NCBI GenBank assembly: GCA_041499375.1
Contig: JBGQKD010000011.1
Coordinates: 30,214 to 94,213, forward strand
DNA from: Gemmatimonadota bacterium
GTDB lineage: Bacteria; Gemmatimonadota; Gemmatimonadetes; Gemmatimonadales; GWC2-71-9
Length of the DNA: 64,000 bases
Direction of reading: 5' to 3'
Below are positions 44,462 through 52,979 of the stretch, piece by piece. Every line of letters starts with the position of its first letter. The first letter of the stretch is position 1. A model generated the notes under the pieces. That model was not told the origin of the DNA and ran no database searches. It saw only the letters and a list, made by a program, of their open reading frames with translations. The position numbers and the translations under genes were made by a program.

Positions 44462-45507
44462 GCGTCGATCTCCTCAGTTTGACGCCGGAGGCGGCGCGCA
44501 TCGCGCTTGCGGAGTGGCTGACGCAACGGGGCGAGCCGCCCTATCGCGTGCGCCAGGTGGCGCCGCGCCTCTGGCAGCGGCCGGTGGCGAGTTGGGCCGA
44601 TGCGACAGATGTCCCCGCGCCGCTGCGGGCCGCTCTAGACGAAGTATTCCCTCTAACGCGCCTGACGCTGCGGACCCATCAGGTGTCAACCGACGGCACC
44701 CAAAAATTTCTCTGGGCGCTCGATGACGGGGAAGCGATCGAGTCGGTCCTGATCCCCGAGGGCAAGCGCCGCACGCTGTGTATTTCGTCGCAAGCCGGGT
44801 GCGCGCTGGGCTGCGTGTTCTGCGCCACGGGACGCATGGGCTTTCGACGCAACCTCTCGGCGCGTGAGATCGCCGGGCAGGTGCGCGAGCTGGTGTTGCG
44901 CGATCCCGCCCTCAAGCCCACCAACGTCGTGTTCATGGGGATGGGCGAGCCGCTGCTCAACTGGGATGCGGTCGACGCGACGCTCACGATCCTCAATCAC
45001 CCCGAAGGACTCGGCATCGGCGCTCGCCACATCACCGTCTCGACGGTCGGGATTCTTCCCAATCTCGCGAAGTTCGCGCGGCGGAGCGAACAGTTCCGGC
45101 TGGCGGTGTCGCTGCACGCGCCTTCCCCGACGTTGCGCCGCGAGCTGATGCCGATCGAAAAGAAGTACACGCTGCCCGAGCTGATGGAAGCGCTGAAGCA
45201 GTTTCGGCGCCGGGTGACCCTCGAGTACGTATTGATCGGGGGAAAGAACGACTCGCTCGAGGTCGCCGAGCAGCTGGCGACGCTCGCGCAGCCGCTCGAG
45301 GCATTGGTGAACTTGCTGCCACTGCATCCCGGCGGCGCGCCCGACCTCACCCCCAGCACGCGGGCGCAGATGCTTGCGTTCGAGCGGCGCCTGAAACAGC
45401 GGGGGGTGGAAGCGGTGTTGCGGCGCAGTCGCGGCCTGGATATCAGCGCGGCCTGCGGTCAGCTACGGGTGGAAGTCGAGGCCGAGGAGCACGCTCACAT
45501 CGAGTAA
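44458..45507 (+). CDS. rlmN: 23S rRNA/tRNA adenine-C2 methyltransferase RlmN (radical SAM)
   Basis: Motifs CISSQAGCALGCVFCATG, GMGEPLLN and SLHAP are present. Confidence 0.95.
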   Translation: MSVDLLSLTPEAARIALAEWLTQRGEPPYRVRQVAPRLWQRPVASWADATDVPAPLRAALDEVFPLTRLTLRTHQVSTDGTQKFLWALDDGEAIESVLIPEGKRRTLCISSQAGCALGCVFCATGRMGFRRNLSAREIAGQVRELVLRDPALKPTNVVFMGMGEPLLNWDAVDATLTILNHPEGLGIGARHITVSTVGILPNLAKFARRSEQFRLAVSLHAPSPTLRRELMPIEKKYTLPELMEALKQFRRRVTLEYVLIGGKNDSLEVAEQLATLAQPLEALVNLLPLHPGGAPDLTPSTRAQMLAFERRLKQRGVEAVLRRSRGLDISAACGQLRVEVEAEEHAHIE

Positions 45508-45831
45508 CCTGGCGCTGTCGAGCTGGACTTCGACGCGTCCCTGCCCCAGCGCTGCCCGCACCCGCTCGCCCACCTTCTCTGCACCACGACGCACGATGAT
45601 GCGGGTTGAATCGAGCCCGTTCTCGTTTGCGTTGCCGAAGTAGACCACATCCATTCCCGCTCGCCGCAGCCGCTTCGTCCCGATGCGGGCGTCGCCGGCC
45701 CGCCCGTTGGCGTTCAGGACCTCGACGGTGATGGCGGGGCCACGATCGCCCGGTATCGGATGGGTCTGTGTCGAATCGCCTCGACAGCCACCAATGACGA
45801 CCGCAACCAACACGAACGCCGGGGCTTTCAT
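45463..45831 (-). CDS. LytR_C-domain lipoprotein
   Basis: The start is at the internal ATG, giving MKAPAFVLVAVVIGGC (lipobox). The stretch VEVLNANGRAGDA...AGMDVVYFGNA is typical of the LytR C-terminal domain. Confidence 0.62.
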   Translation of the reverse strand: MKAPAFVLVAVVIGGCRGDSTQTHPIPGDRGPAITVEVLNANGRAGDARIGTKRLRRAGMDVVYFGNANENGLDSTRIIVRRGAEKVGERVRAALGQGRVEVQLDSARLLDVSVLLGLDFHP

Positions 45832-46352
45832 GACCGTCGGGCCGTCAGGCCGTCCGACCGTCCGACAAGTTGATTCCAAAACCCCACGGTCTCGTTGGGC
45901 AACTGCCACCCCGATTGGAGCGCCCACGCGATGCGCTGCCGCGCAACTTCCCGCAGCACGGCGTCTCGCTCCGTGGGGACACGACGTGCTAACTCGGCGC
46001 GCTGTGCGGATGCGAAATCGCGGCCCGGTTCGAGGAAGTCGGCGAGATAGAGCATCCGTCCAACGTCATCCCAGCCGCCGAAGCCGAAGGTGTGGTAACG
46101 GACCGCGCTGAGCACGCCCTGGTCCCGTTCGCCGGCGCTCGCCGCCCGGTCAGCAGAAGCCGGCCCGTGGGCAGACCAATCCGTAAATGGTGCATCGCGT
46201 AGCGCGTCATGCAGCCAGCCGGCGCGGAGCCAGCGGTCCCGCTCCTTCGCATCGACGTGCATCACATCCCCCCAACTGTTCAGCAGTGCGACGACCCGCT
46301 CGATATGGGCGCGACGCTCGGGTGACACCTGCGCCCATCCCGGCAAGCTCAC
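45828..46352 (-). CDS. HD-domain hydrolase (YqeK-like)
   Basis: It carries an H...HD motif (RRAHIERV...AGWLHDALRD). A GTG at 46352 forms a GTGA overlap with the panC stop. Confidence 0.58.
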   Translation of the reverse strand: MSLPGWAQVSPERRAHIERVVALLNSWGDVMHVDAKERDRWLRAGWLHDALRDAPFTDWSAHGPASADRAASAGERDQGVLSAVRYHTFGFGGWDDVGRMLYLADFLEPGRDFASAQRAELARRVPTERDAVLREVARQRIAWALQSGWQLPNETVGFWNQLVGRSDGLTARRS

Positions 46353-47224
46353 CGCGTGACTCGCGGGTCCGCGCCGATGCCTTCGCCGAGGACGACGTTG
46401 TCGAGGAGGCGGGTCTTCCCCACGCGTGCCGCCACCACGGCGACGGTGTGGGCCGTAACCCGGCTGACGGGTTGCAGGTTTTCGTCGACAAGCGCGCAGT
46501 ACTCCGCGGCGACATTGGGGACCCGCATCGCCTCCAGACCGGCGCGCTGCACCTTTGCCGGATCCGCTTCGCCGCCCCGCCACGTCTGCTCGAGCGTCCT
46601 GAGCGCACGCGACAGCGCCACCGCGGATCGCCGCTCGTCTGGACTGAGATAGCTGTTGCGCGATGACAAGGCGAGGCCGTCCAGCTCGCGGACCGTAGGA
46701 GCAACGTCGATCGCCAGCGGAAAGTCGAGATCCTGCACCAGCCGTTTCACCAATACGGCCTGCTGAAAATCCTTGCGGCCGAACACCGCGACGTCCGGCT
46801 CGACGATGTGAAACAGCTTGGCGACGACGGTGAGTACACCGGTGAAGTGGCCAGGCCGAGCCGCACCCTCGAGCGTGTCGGCAACCGCGCCGGGAAGTAC
46901 GCGGACTAGCGGCTCACCGGGGGGAGGGTACATCGCTGCCGCGTCCGGCACGAACAGGCAGTCGGCCCCGCGGGCCTCGGCGAGTTGCCGGTCGCGCGGC
47001 AGATCACGCGGATAGCGGGCGAGGTCTTCGGTGGGGCCGAATTGCAGCGGGTTGACGAAAATGCTGACGATGACGCGGTCGGCGAGCTCGCGCGCGCGAT
47101 CCACGAGGCGCAGATGGCCTTCGTGGAGATATCCCATGGTGGGAACGAAGCCGATGGTGTGGCGGCGAGAGCGCTCGGCGCGAGACCAGGAGCGCATCTC
47201 GGTAAGGCTGGAGAGCTCGCGCAA
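46349..47224 (-). CDS. panC: pantoate--beta-alanine ligase
   Basis: It carries FVPTMGYLHEGHLRLV. The TTG start follows the upstream TAG directly. Confidence 0.93.
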   Translation of the reverse strand: MRELSSLTEMRSWSRAERSRRHTIGFVPTMGYLHEGHLRLVDRARELADRVIVSIFVNPLQFGPTEDLARYPRDLPRDRQLAEARGADCLFVPDAAAMYPPPGEPLVRVLPGAVADTLEGAARPGHFTGVLTVVAKLFHIVEPDVAVFGRKDFQQAVLVKRLVQDLDFPLAIDVAPTVRELDGLALSSRNSYLSPDERRSAVALSRALRTLEQTWRGGEADPAKVQRAGLEAMRVPNVAAEYCALVDENLQPVSRVTAHTVAVVAARVGKTRLLDNVVLGEGIGADPRVTR

Positions 47225-47401
47225 CTAGAACTCGCGCTTCTTCATCTCCGAAAAGAAGTCGCGACGCTCGATGTCATCGTCCGTGCTGTCCGGCGGAAGC
47301 GTCGGGTCATAGCGCTTGCGCGCCTTGGGTTTCGCTTTCGCTGCTTTGGCCATGTTCTTCTTGATCAACTTGGCGAGCTTTTCGTCATCCGTCTTACCCA
47401 T
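47225..47401 (-). CDS. small Lys-rich hypothetical protein (58 aa; 72 aa if GTG 47443 is used)
   Basis: The sequence is MGKTDDEKLAKLIKKNMAKAAKAKPKARKRYDPTLPPDSTDDDIERRDFFSEMKKREF. It exactly fills the panB-panC gap on the same strand, and its composition is unlike the spurious GC-rich ORFs. Confidence 0.45.
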   Translation of the reverse strand: MGKTDDEKLAKLIKKNMAKAAKAKPKARKRYDPTLPPDSTDDDIERRDFFSEMKKREF

Positions 47402-47439
47402 TGCGTCGGTCCCCCGAGAAGGTGCACTCCAATTTAATA

Positions 47440-48243
47440 TCACTTTCCGAAAGAGTGCTCCGGTCCCGGGTAGCGGCCCTCACGGACCTCGGCGGCGAAG
47501 ACCCGGGCTGCTTCTCGCACGTCCTCGGCCAACGCCGCGTACTTCTTCACGAACTTGGCCGAGAACTGGTCGTTGAGCCCGAGCATGTCGTGCAGCACCA
47601 GGACCTGCCCGTCGCACGCCGGCCCGGCGCCGATCCCGATGGTCGGGATCGAGAGCGACTTCGTGATCTGCGACGCGAGCGGCGCCGGCACCAGCTCCAG
47701 CACCACCGCGAACGCGCCCGCGTCCTGGAGCGCGGTCGCATCGGCTTTGAGGCGCCCCGCCTCGGCGTCGTCGCGCCCCTGCACGCGATAGCCGCCCAGG
47801 GCGTGCACCGATTGGGGCGTGAGGCCGAGGTGACCCATGACGGGGATGCCGATCTCCACGAGCCGCCGGACCGTCGCCGCCATCGGCTGCCCGCCCTCGA
47901 TCTTCACGGCATTGCAACCAGTTTCCTTCATCGCGCGGCCGCAGTTTCGCAGCGCGTCTTCGGGCGAGATCTGGTAGCTCAGGAACGGCATGTCGCAGAC
48001 GACCATGGCGCGCTCGGTTCCGCGCCGCACCATCTTCGTGTGATAGATCATCTGGTCGAGCGTCGCCGACAACGTGGACGGCGCGCCGGCGAGCACCTGA
48101 TTCAGCGAGTCACCGACGAGCAGGATGTCGACGCCGCTGGCGTCGAGCAGGCGCGCGAACAACGCATCGTAGCACGTGAGTGCGACGATGCGCTCGCCTT
48201 TCTCTTTCATCTCGAGCAATCCGCGCGTCGTGACGCTAGACAT
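47440..48243 (-). CDS. panB: 3-methyl-2-oxobutanoate hydroxymethyltransferase
   Basis: Motifs LTCYDALFARLLD and LVGDSL are present. The ATG at 48243 is preceded by AAGGGGA. The track's TTG start at 48264 is an alternative. Confidence 0.94.
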   Translation of the reverse strand: MSSVTTRGLLEMKEKGERIVALTCYDALFARLLDASGVDILLVGDSLNQVLAGAPSTLSATLDQMIYHTKMVRRGTERAMVVCDMPFLSYQISPEDALRNCGRAMKETGCNAVKIEGGQPMAATVRRLVEIGIPVMGHLGLTPQSVHALGGYRVQGRDDAEAGRLKADATALQDAGAFAVVLELVPAPLASQITKSLSIPTIGIGAGPACDGQVLVLHDMLGLNDQFSAKFVKKYAALAEDVREAARVFAAEVREGRYPGPEHSFGK

Positions 48244-48631
48244 GTTCCCCTTCCAGCTCGGCAATTTCGCGCCGCCAGAAATCGCGGTTCGGGAGCTCCG
48301 GGTGCGGAATCGTCAGGTCCGGCTGGCGAACCGTCTTGTCCCCATAGCGCACGATATCGAGGTCGAGCGTCCGCGGTCCCCAGCGCTCGCGTCGTTCTCT
48401 GCCCCGCTCCGCCTCGATGCGGCGGCAGTGTTGCAGCAGCGCCGCCGGCTCCAATGTGGTTTCGAGCAGAACCATTTGGTTCAAATACGGCGGCTGCGCA
48501 ACGGGCCCGAGCGGCGCCGTCTCCTCGACCCGCGACGTCGCGAGAAGACGAGTGCCGGGCAGCGCGCCCAGGTGCTCGCGCGCATACGCCAGGTGCGCCG
48601 CGCGATCGCCCACGTTGGAGCCGAGGGCCAC
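48236..48631 (-). CDS. folK: 2-amino-4-hydroxy-6-hydroxymethyldihydropteridine diphosphokinase
   Basis: Motifs LGSNVGDR, PYLNQ, RTLDLDIV and IPHPEL are present. The start is GTG. Confidence 0.86.
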   Translation of the reverse strand: MALGSNVGDRAAHLAYAREHLGALPGTRLLATSRVEETAPLGPVAQPPYLNQMVLLETTLEPAALLQHCRRIEAERGRERRERWGPRTLDLDIVRYGDKTVRQPDLTIPHPELPNRDFWRREIAELEGEHV

Positions 48632-48641
48632 GAAGGCTCGT

Positions 48642-50729
48642 TCAATTGACGTTGGCGAATCCGCGAGTCAAGTCGCGCAGCATGGTGGCCACCTGCTCGA
48701 GGTCGCGGGTCGCGCGCTCGAGGTCGGTGAGACCTTCGGCGGCCTGAACCGCGCGGGTGGCGACGTCGTCGGCCTCGACACGGTTTTGTCCCGCAATGCT
48801 CGCCACGGCGTTGATCCGCTCGCGCAGGCGCGCGAACGCCTGATTCTGTTCTCCCGCCGCCGCGGTGATCCGGCCCGCGTGGGCGGTGGCCTCCGCCGTC
48901 GCCGCGACGATCGCGTCGAGCGCTTCGAGCGCCGCGGCGGACAGCTCCTCCACGTCGCCGACGTTGACCTGTCCGCGACGCATCTGCTCGACCACTTCGC
49001 CGACCTGCGTATGGATGTCCTGCACCAGATCGCCCGCTTCCGCCGCGGCAGTCGCACTCTGCTCGGCGAGTCGGCGCACCTCGTCGGCCACGACGCCGAA
49101 ACCCTTGCCATGCTTGCCCGCGCGCGCCGCTTCGATCGCGGCATTGAGCGACAGCAAGTTCGTCATGTCGGCCAGCTCACGGATCGACGCGATGAAGCCG
49201 GTGATGCGGCGGCTCATCTGTCCGAGCTGCTGGACCTTGGCGGAGCTCTCGCCCACGAACGCCTTCAGCGCCACCAGGCGCTCGATCGCTTCGCGGATCT
49301 GGGTTCGGTTCCGGCTGGCGACGTCACTGGCCGCCGTCGACGCGCGCGCCGCACCGGCACCGTCGTCGGAGACGCGTCGCGAGACCTGGGCCAGACTTTC
49401 CGTTGCCTCGAGCCCGCCCGACACCTCACCCTCCTCGCGGCGGACACCTTCGCGAATCACGCCTGTCGACTGCGCCACTGCCGCCGCGGCGCCCTTCAAC
49501 GCTTCGGCGGTCTGCGCGATCGCCGCAAGCTGGCGCGTCATCCGCTCGACCGTCTCGACGAGCGGCCGGCGCAGGTCGGTGATGTGGACGGCGGTCGCGA
49601 GCTGGCTGGCGAACGTCGTGATCGTCAGGATGTCCTGGCGGCGGTAGCAGTGCTTCTTGTGGTGCTCGATCTCCAGCGTGCCGATGACCTGATCGCCGAA
49701 CTTGAGGGGCACGATCACGAGACTCTGGACCTCGATCGGCGCATCGGCCACGCGCTTGTCACGCGTGACGTCGTCGATCACGACGGTCTCGCCGTGTGTC
49801 GCCACCTCGTTGCGTAGGTGCTTGGTGTCCGACGAAGGTTCCCCGCGCCCCGCTCGGCCGCGCGCCGAGCGGTGGACGAGAGTGAGCTGATGATCGTGGA
49901 GGCGGTAAATACGGAAGTCGCCCCAATCCACGAGCCGGTTCGCCAGTCTTTCGATCCGTTGGAAGGAATCCTCGAGGCTGATGTTGGCGGTGATCACCGC
50001 TTCCATCGCGTGAATCTTGTTGAGCTCCTCGGCCGAGATCGCTTCCTCGATCATCTGTTTGAGGAGCAGGCCGAGGAACGTGAGGACGAGGCCGACGAGG
50101 ATCCAGGCGCCGAAGGACCAGGCGACGACGGCGCCGACAAAGATGGTCGCCGCGAGCAGTGTCGCCGCATAGGTGATCACCTCGTAGCGCACGATCATCA
50201 ATCGTTCCGCCGGCTCCAGCTTGGCGCGAATGATGAGGCTGAGATAGAACAGCACGCGGCCGAACACGAAGTACGCGAGGGCATAGCCCGCGAGGGCGGG
50301 CAGCAGCTCGATGCTCAACACGGGAGCGCCGTTCGGCATGTCGAGCCAGTGCAGTGCCGCCGCGTACACGCCGTAGGCGGCGACGAGCGTGATGACTTCG
50401 CGGCCCAGGTTGATCAACGCAACGCGCAGCGGCTTGCGCTGCCACAGCGAATCGGTGATGATCGTCGCGCCCGCGATTGCGAGCGCCGTGGCCGGCACGC
50501 CGACCAGCAGACTGCCGGTCAGACCGACGAGGGCAGTCTGCGTCAGATACGAATACTTGCTCAGCGGAACGGAGAGCCCGCGCAGCGCCACCGCGCTGCC
50601 GAATAACACGGCGATCTCGGGGATCTGTCCCAACCAGCGGCGATCGGCGACGAGTACCGCGATCAGTAGTGCCGTGCCCAGCCAAACGAGCGCCTGACTA
50701 TAGAGTCCGACGAAGCGCGAGATCTTCAT
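48642..50729 (-). CDS. polytopic membrane (about 8 TM)-GAF-methyl-accepting chemotaxis signalling-domain protein, 695 aa
   Basis: The MCP hairpin-tip motif is [41 protein letters not shown]-like segment (DFRIYRL...[19 protein letters not shown]) is present. The N-terminal 235 aa are hydrophobic. The ATG at 50729 forms an ATGA overlap with the trpA stop. The first 251 aa of the track ORF are rejected. Confidence 0.8.
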   Translation of the reverse strand: MKISRFVGLYSQALVWLGTALLIAVLVADRRWLGQIPEIAVLFGSAVALRGLSVPLSKYSYLTQTALVGLTGSLLVGVPATALAIAGATIITDSLWQRKPLRVALINLGREVITLVAAYGVYAAALHWLDMPNGAPVLSIELLPALAGYALAYFVFGRVLFYLSLIIRAKLEPAERLMIVRYEVITYAATLLAATIFVGAVVAWSFGAWILVGLVLTFLGLLLKQMIEEAISAEELNKIHAMEAVITANISLEDSFQRIERLANRLVDWGDFRIYRLHDHQLTLVHRSARGRAGRGEPSSDTKHLRNEVATHGETVVIDDVTRDKRVADAPIEVQSLVIVPLKFGDQVIGTLEIEHHKKHCYRRQDILTITTFASQLATAVHITDLRRPLVETVERMTRQLAAIAQTAEALKGAAAAVAQSTGVIREGVRREEGEVSGGLEATESLAQVSRRVSDDGAGAARASTAASDVASRNRTQIREAIERLVALKAFVGESSAKVQQLGQMSRRITGFIASIRELADMTNLLSLNAAIEAARAGKHGKGFGVVADEVRRLAEQSATAAAEAGDLVQDIHTQVGEVVEQMRRGQVNVGDVEELSAAALEALDAIVAATAEATAHAGRITAAAGEQNQAFARLRERINAVASIAGQNRVEADDVATRAVQAAEGLTDLERATRDLEQVATMLRDLTRGFANVN

Positions 50730-51508
50730 GCGTGCACCGCCGCGGCCAGCTCGCGGGTCAGCCGCTCCATCCCGGCGACGCCACCCTTGATGAGCGCGTC
50801 CATCAACGCGCTGCCGACGACGACGCCGTCCGCCGAGCGCGCCGCAGCGGCCGCCTGCGCCGGTGTGCCGATGCCGAAGCCGACCGCGACCGGCAGGCGC
50901 GCCGGACTCGCCGCCCGGACGCGCCGTACCTGGGCATCGAGATCGGCCGGAACATCGGCCCGGACCCCGGTGACGCCAAGTCGGGAGATCAAATAGACGA
51001 ACCCGCTCGCGCCGGTGAGCGCGGTTTTGAGTCGCGCGTCGTCCGTCGTCGGCGCGACGAGGCGAATCAGGGCAAGCGCGCTGCCCGTTACGGTTTTCTC
51101 GACGGCTGGGTCGGCGCCAGCGGGAAGATCGGTGAGCAATACGCCCGCAGCGCCCGCGTCGTACGCTTCCTTGGCGAAGCGCTCGACGCCGTACGCCAGC
51201 ACGGGGTTGAGGTACGTCATGATGATGACGGGGACAGCAAGCGCGGCCTCGCGGATCAGCTCGAGCACCCGCGGCACCGTCATACCCTGTTCCAGCGCGG
51301 CGTGCGTCGTCCGCTGAATCGTCGGCCCGTCGGCGAGCGGATCGGAGAACGGCACGCCGACCTCCACGAAGTCCGCTCCCGCGTCGGCCACGCGGCGCAG
51401 CGCTTCGAGTGAGACGGCGGGTGTGGGAAAACCGGCGGTGAGATACGGAATCAGCGCCCGCGATTTGCCGAGCGCCCGCCACCGCGAGGCGATGGCATTC
51501 TCAGACAA
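50726..51508 (-). CDS. trpA: tryptophan synthase alpha chain
   Basis: Motifs [25 protein letters not shown] and GFGI are present. Confidence 0.95.
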   Translation of the reverse strand: MSENAIASRWRALGKSRALIPYLTAGFPTPAVSLEALRRVADAGADFVEVGVPFSDPLADGPTIQRTTHAALEQGMTVPRVLELIREAALAVPVIIMTYLNPVLAYGVERFAKEAYDAGAAGVLLTDLPAGADPAVEKTVTGSALALIRLVAPTTDDARLKTALTGASGFVYLISRLGVTGVRADVPADLDAQVRRVRAASPARLPVAVGFGIGTPAQAAAAARSADGVVVGSALMDALIKGGVAGMERLTRELAAAVHA

Positions 51509-52979
51509 AGTAGTCGCTGACGTTGATACCGTATTTGACAGGGTCGGTGACCTTGACGATGGTGCGCGGGAAGCTGCCGTTCGCGTCTTTCTGCGAGAGA
51601 TCGACCACGGTCCCCGGATTCAAGAGCCCGCCGTCGGGCGTCGTGACCAGACGTACCACGGGCCGATGGACGTGGGCCACGTCGGGATTCGCGCTGTGCA
51701 CCAGCGCGACCTCGTAAGTGTCGAGAATGACGCAGGTGCCGACCGGGTAGATCCCGATCAGGTTGATGAACGCCTTCACGACGACCGGGTCGTAGCCGCG
51801 CCGCGGATTCTCCCACATCTCCTTGAGCACCTGATCCGGCTGAATCGGCACCGTCTGGTAGACGCGCCGGCTGGTCGCCGCGTCGAAGCCGTCGGCGACT
51901 GCGATGACCTTGGAGTAGATGGACAGCGCTCGGCCGCGGATCGACTTGGGGTACCCGGTGAGGTCGATCTTCATGTGGTGCTCGTAGGCGACCACCATGC
52001 CGCGGTAGGGGATCTCGCCGTAGCCGCGCAGCCCGAAGAGTGTCAGGACCCCAAGCCAGGGGTGTGCCTGCATGATGCGCCACTCCTCCTCCGTGAGTCC
52101 CCCTTCCTTATTCAGTACCTCGAGCGGCACGCGCGACTTGCCCACGTCGTGGAACAGGGCGGCCATGCCGAGATCGTACAGCTGCAGCTTGGTCAGTCCC
52201 AGCTTGCGCCCCAACGCGACCGAGAAGATGCAGACGTTGACCGAATGGGTGAACGTGTATTCATCGTAGTCGCGCAGCGTCGTCAGCCCGACGAGCGACG
52301 ACTCGTTGTTGAGCACCTGGTCGACGATCGCCTGGACCGCGCGCTTCACCTTCTTCACGTTCGCGGTGCGACCCATGCGGATGCTGTTGATGACCTCTTT
52401 GGTCACCGCCACCGAGCGGGCGTAGGTGCGCTTGGCGGCTTCCTTCTGGCGCTCTTCCTCTTCGACGTCCTCTTCCGCCTCGAGCGGCGGCTCGACGCTG
52501 ACGTGGGAGACGCCGCCGTCGGTCAGTTTCTGCGACAGCTCGAACAGCTTGTTGGGGTTCGCTTCCTTCGCGGCGTAGGCGAGCAGCAGCGACACGAAGA
52601 CCTGCAGCTGCCGCCGGTCGACGCCCTCGTCGATCCGCACGGCGCCGATGCCGCACTGCTGGAACACGTTCAGGATGTGGGAGAACGACGCGTAGTTATC
52701 GAGATCGAGGCGCAGGCGCGTCGAGTTGACGAAGATGAATTCGCCCTGGAGCCGGATCTCGAGCTCGCGTTCCACGTCCAACAGCTGCTTGGTCGTCGCG
52801 GCGAGGTCGTCGAGGGCCTTCTGTACCTGGGTGTTCTCGATCGGGTAGAGCTTGAGCGACCGGAACGCTGTATACATGACGATGAGGAAATCGCGACCGG
52901 CATGGCGGAGGAAACCGTCCGTCGTCTGGGCGGTCTCCATCATCGAGGGCCGTTTGCCTCCCCCGGCGGGCGTCGTCAA
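51501..52979 (-). CDS. HD-GYP domain phosphodiesterase with a roughly 150-aa N-terminal domain
   Basis: Motifs HSVNV, AALFHDVGK, HHMKIDLTGYPK and VADGFDA are present. The TTG start at 52979 forms a TTGA overlap with the upstream stop. ATG codons at 52943 and 52940 are alternatives. Confidence 0.85.
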   Translation of the reverse strand: MTTPAGGGKRPSMMETAQTTDGFLRHAGRDFLIVMYTAFRSLKLYPIENTQVQKALDDLAATTKQLLDVERELEIRLQGEFIFVNSTRLRLDLDNYASFSHILNVFQQCGIGAVRIDEGVDRRQLQVFVSLLLAYAAKEANPNKLFELSQKLTDGGVSHVSVEPPLEAEEDVEEEERQKEAAKRTYARSVAVTKEVINSIRMGRTANVKKVKRAVQAIVDQVLNNESSLVGLTTLRDYDEYTFTHSVNVCIFSVALGRKLGLTKLQLYDLGMAALFHDVGKSRVPLEVLNKEGGLTEEEWRIMQAHPWLGVLTLFGLRGYGEIPYRGMVVAYEHHMKIDLTGYPKSIRGRALSIYSKVIAVADGFDAATSRRVYQTVPIQPDQVLKEMWENPRRGYDPVVVKAFINLIGIYPVGTCVILDTYEVALVHSANPDVAHVHRPVVRLVTTPDGGLLNPGTVVDLSQKDANGSFPRTIVKVTDPVKYGINVSDYFV

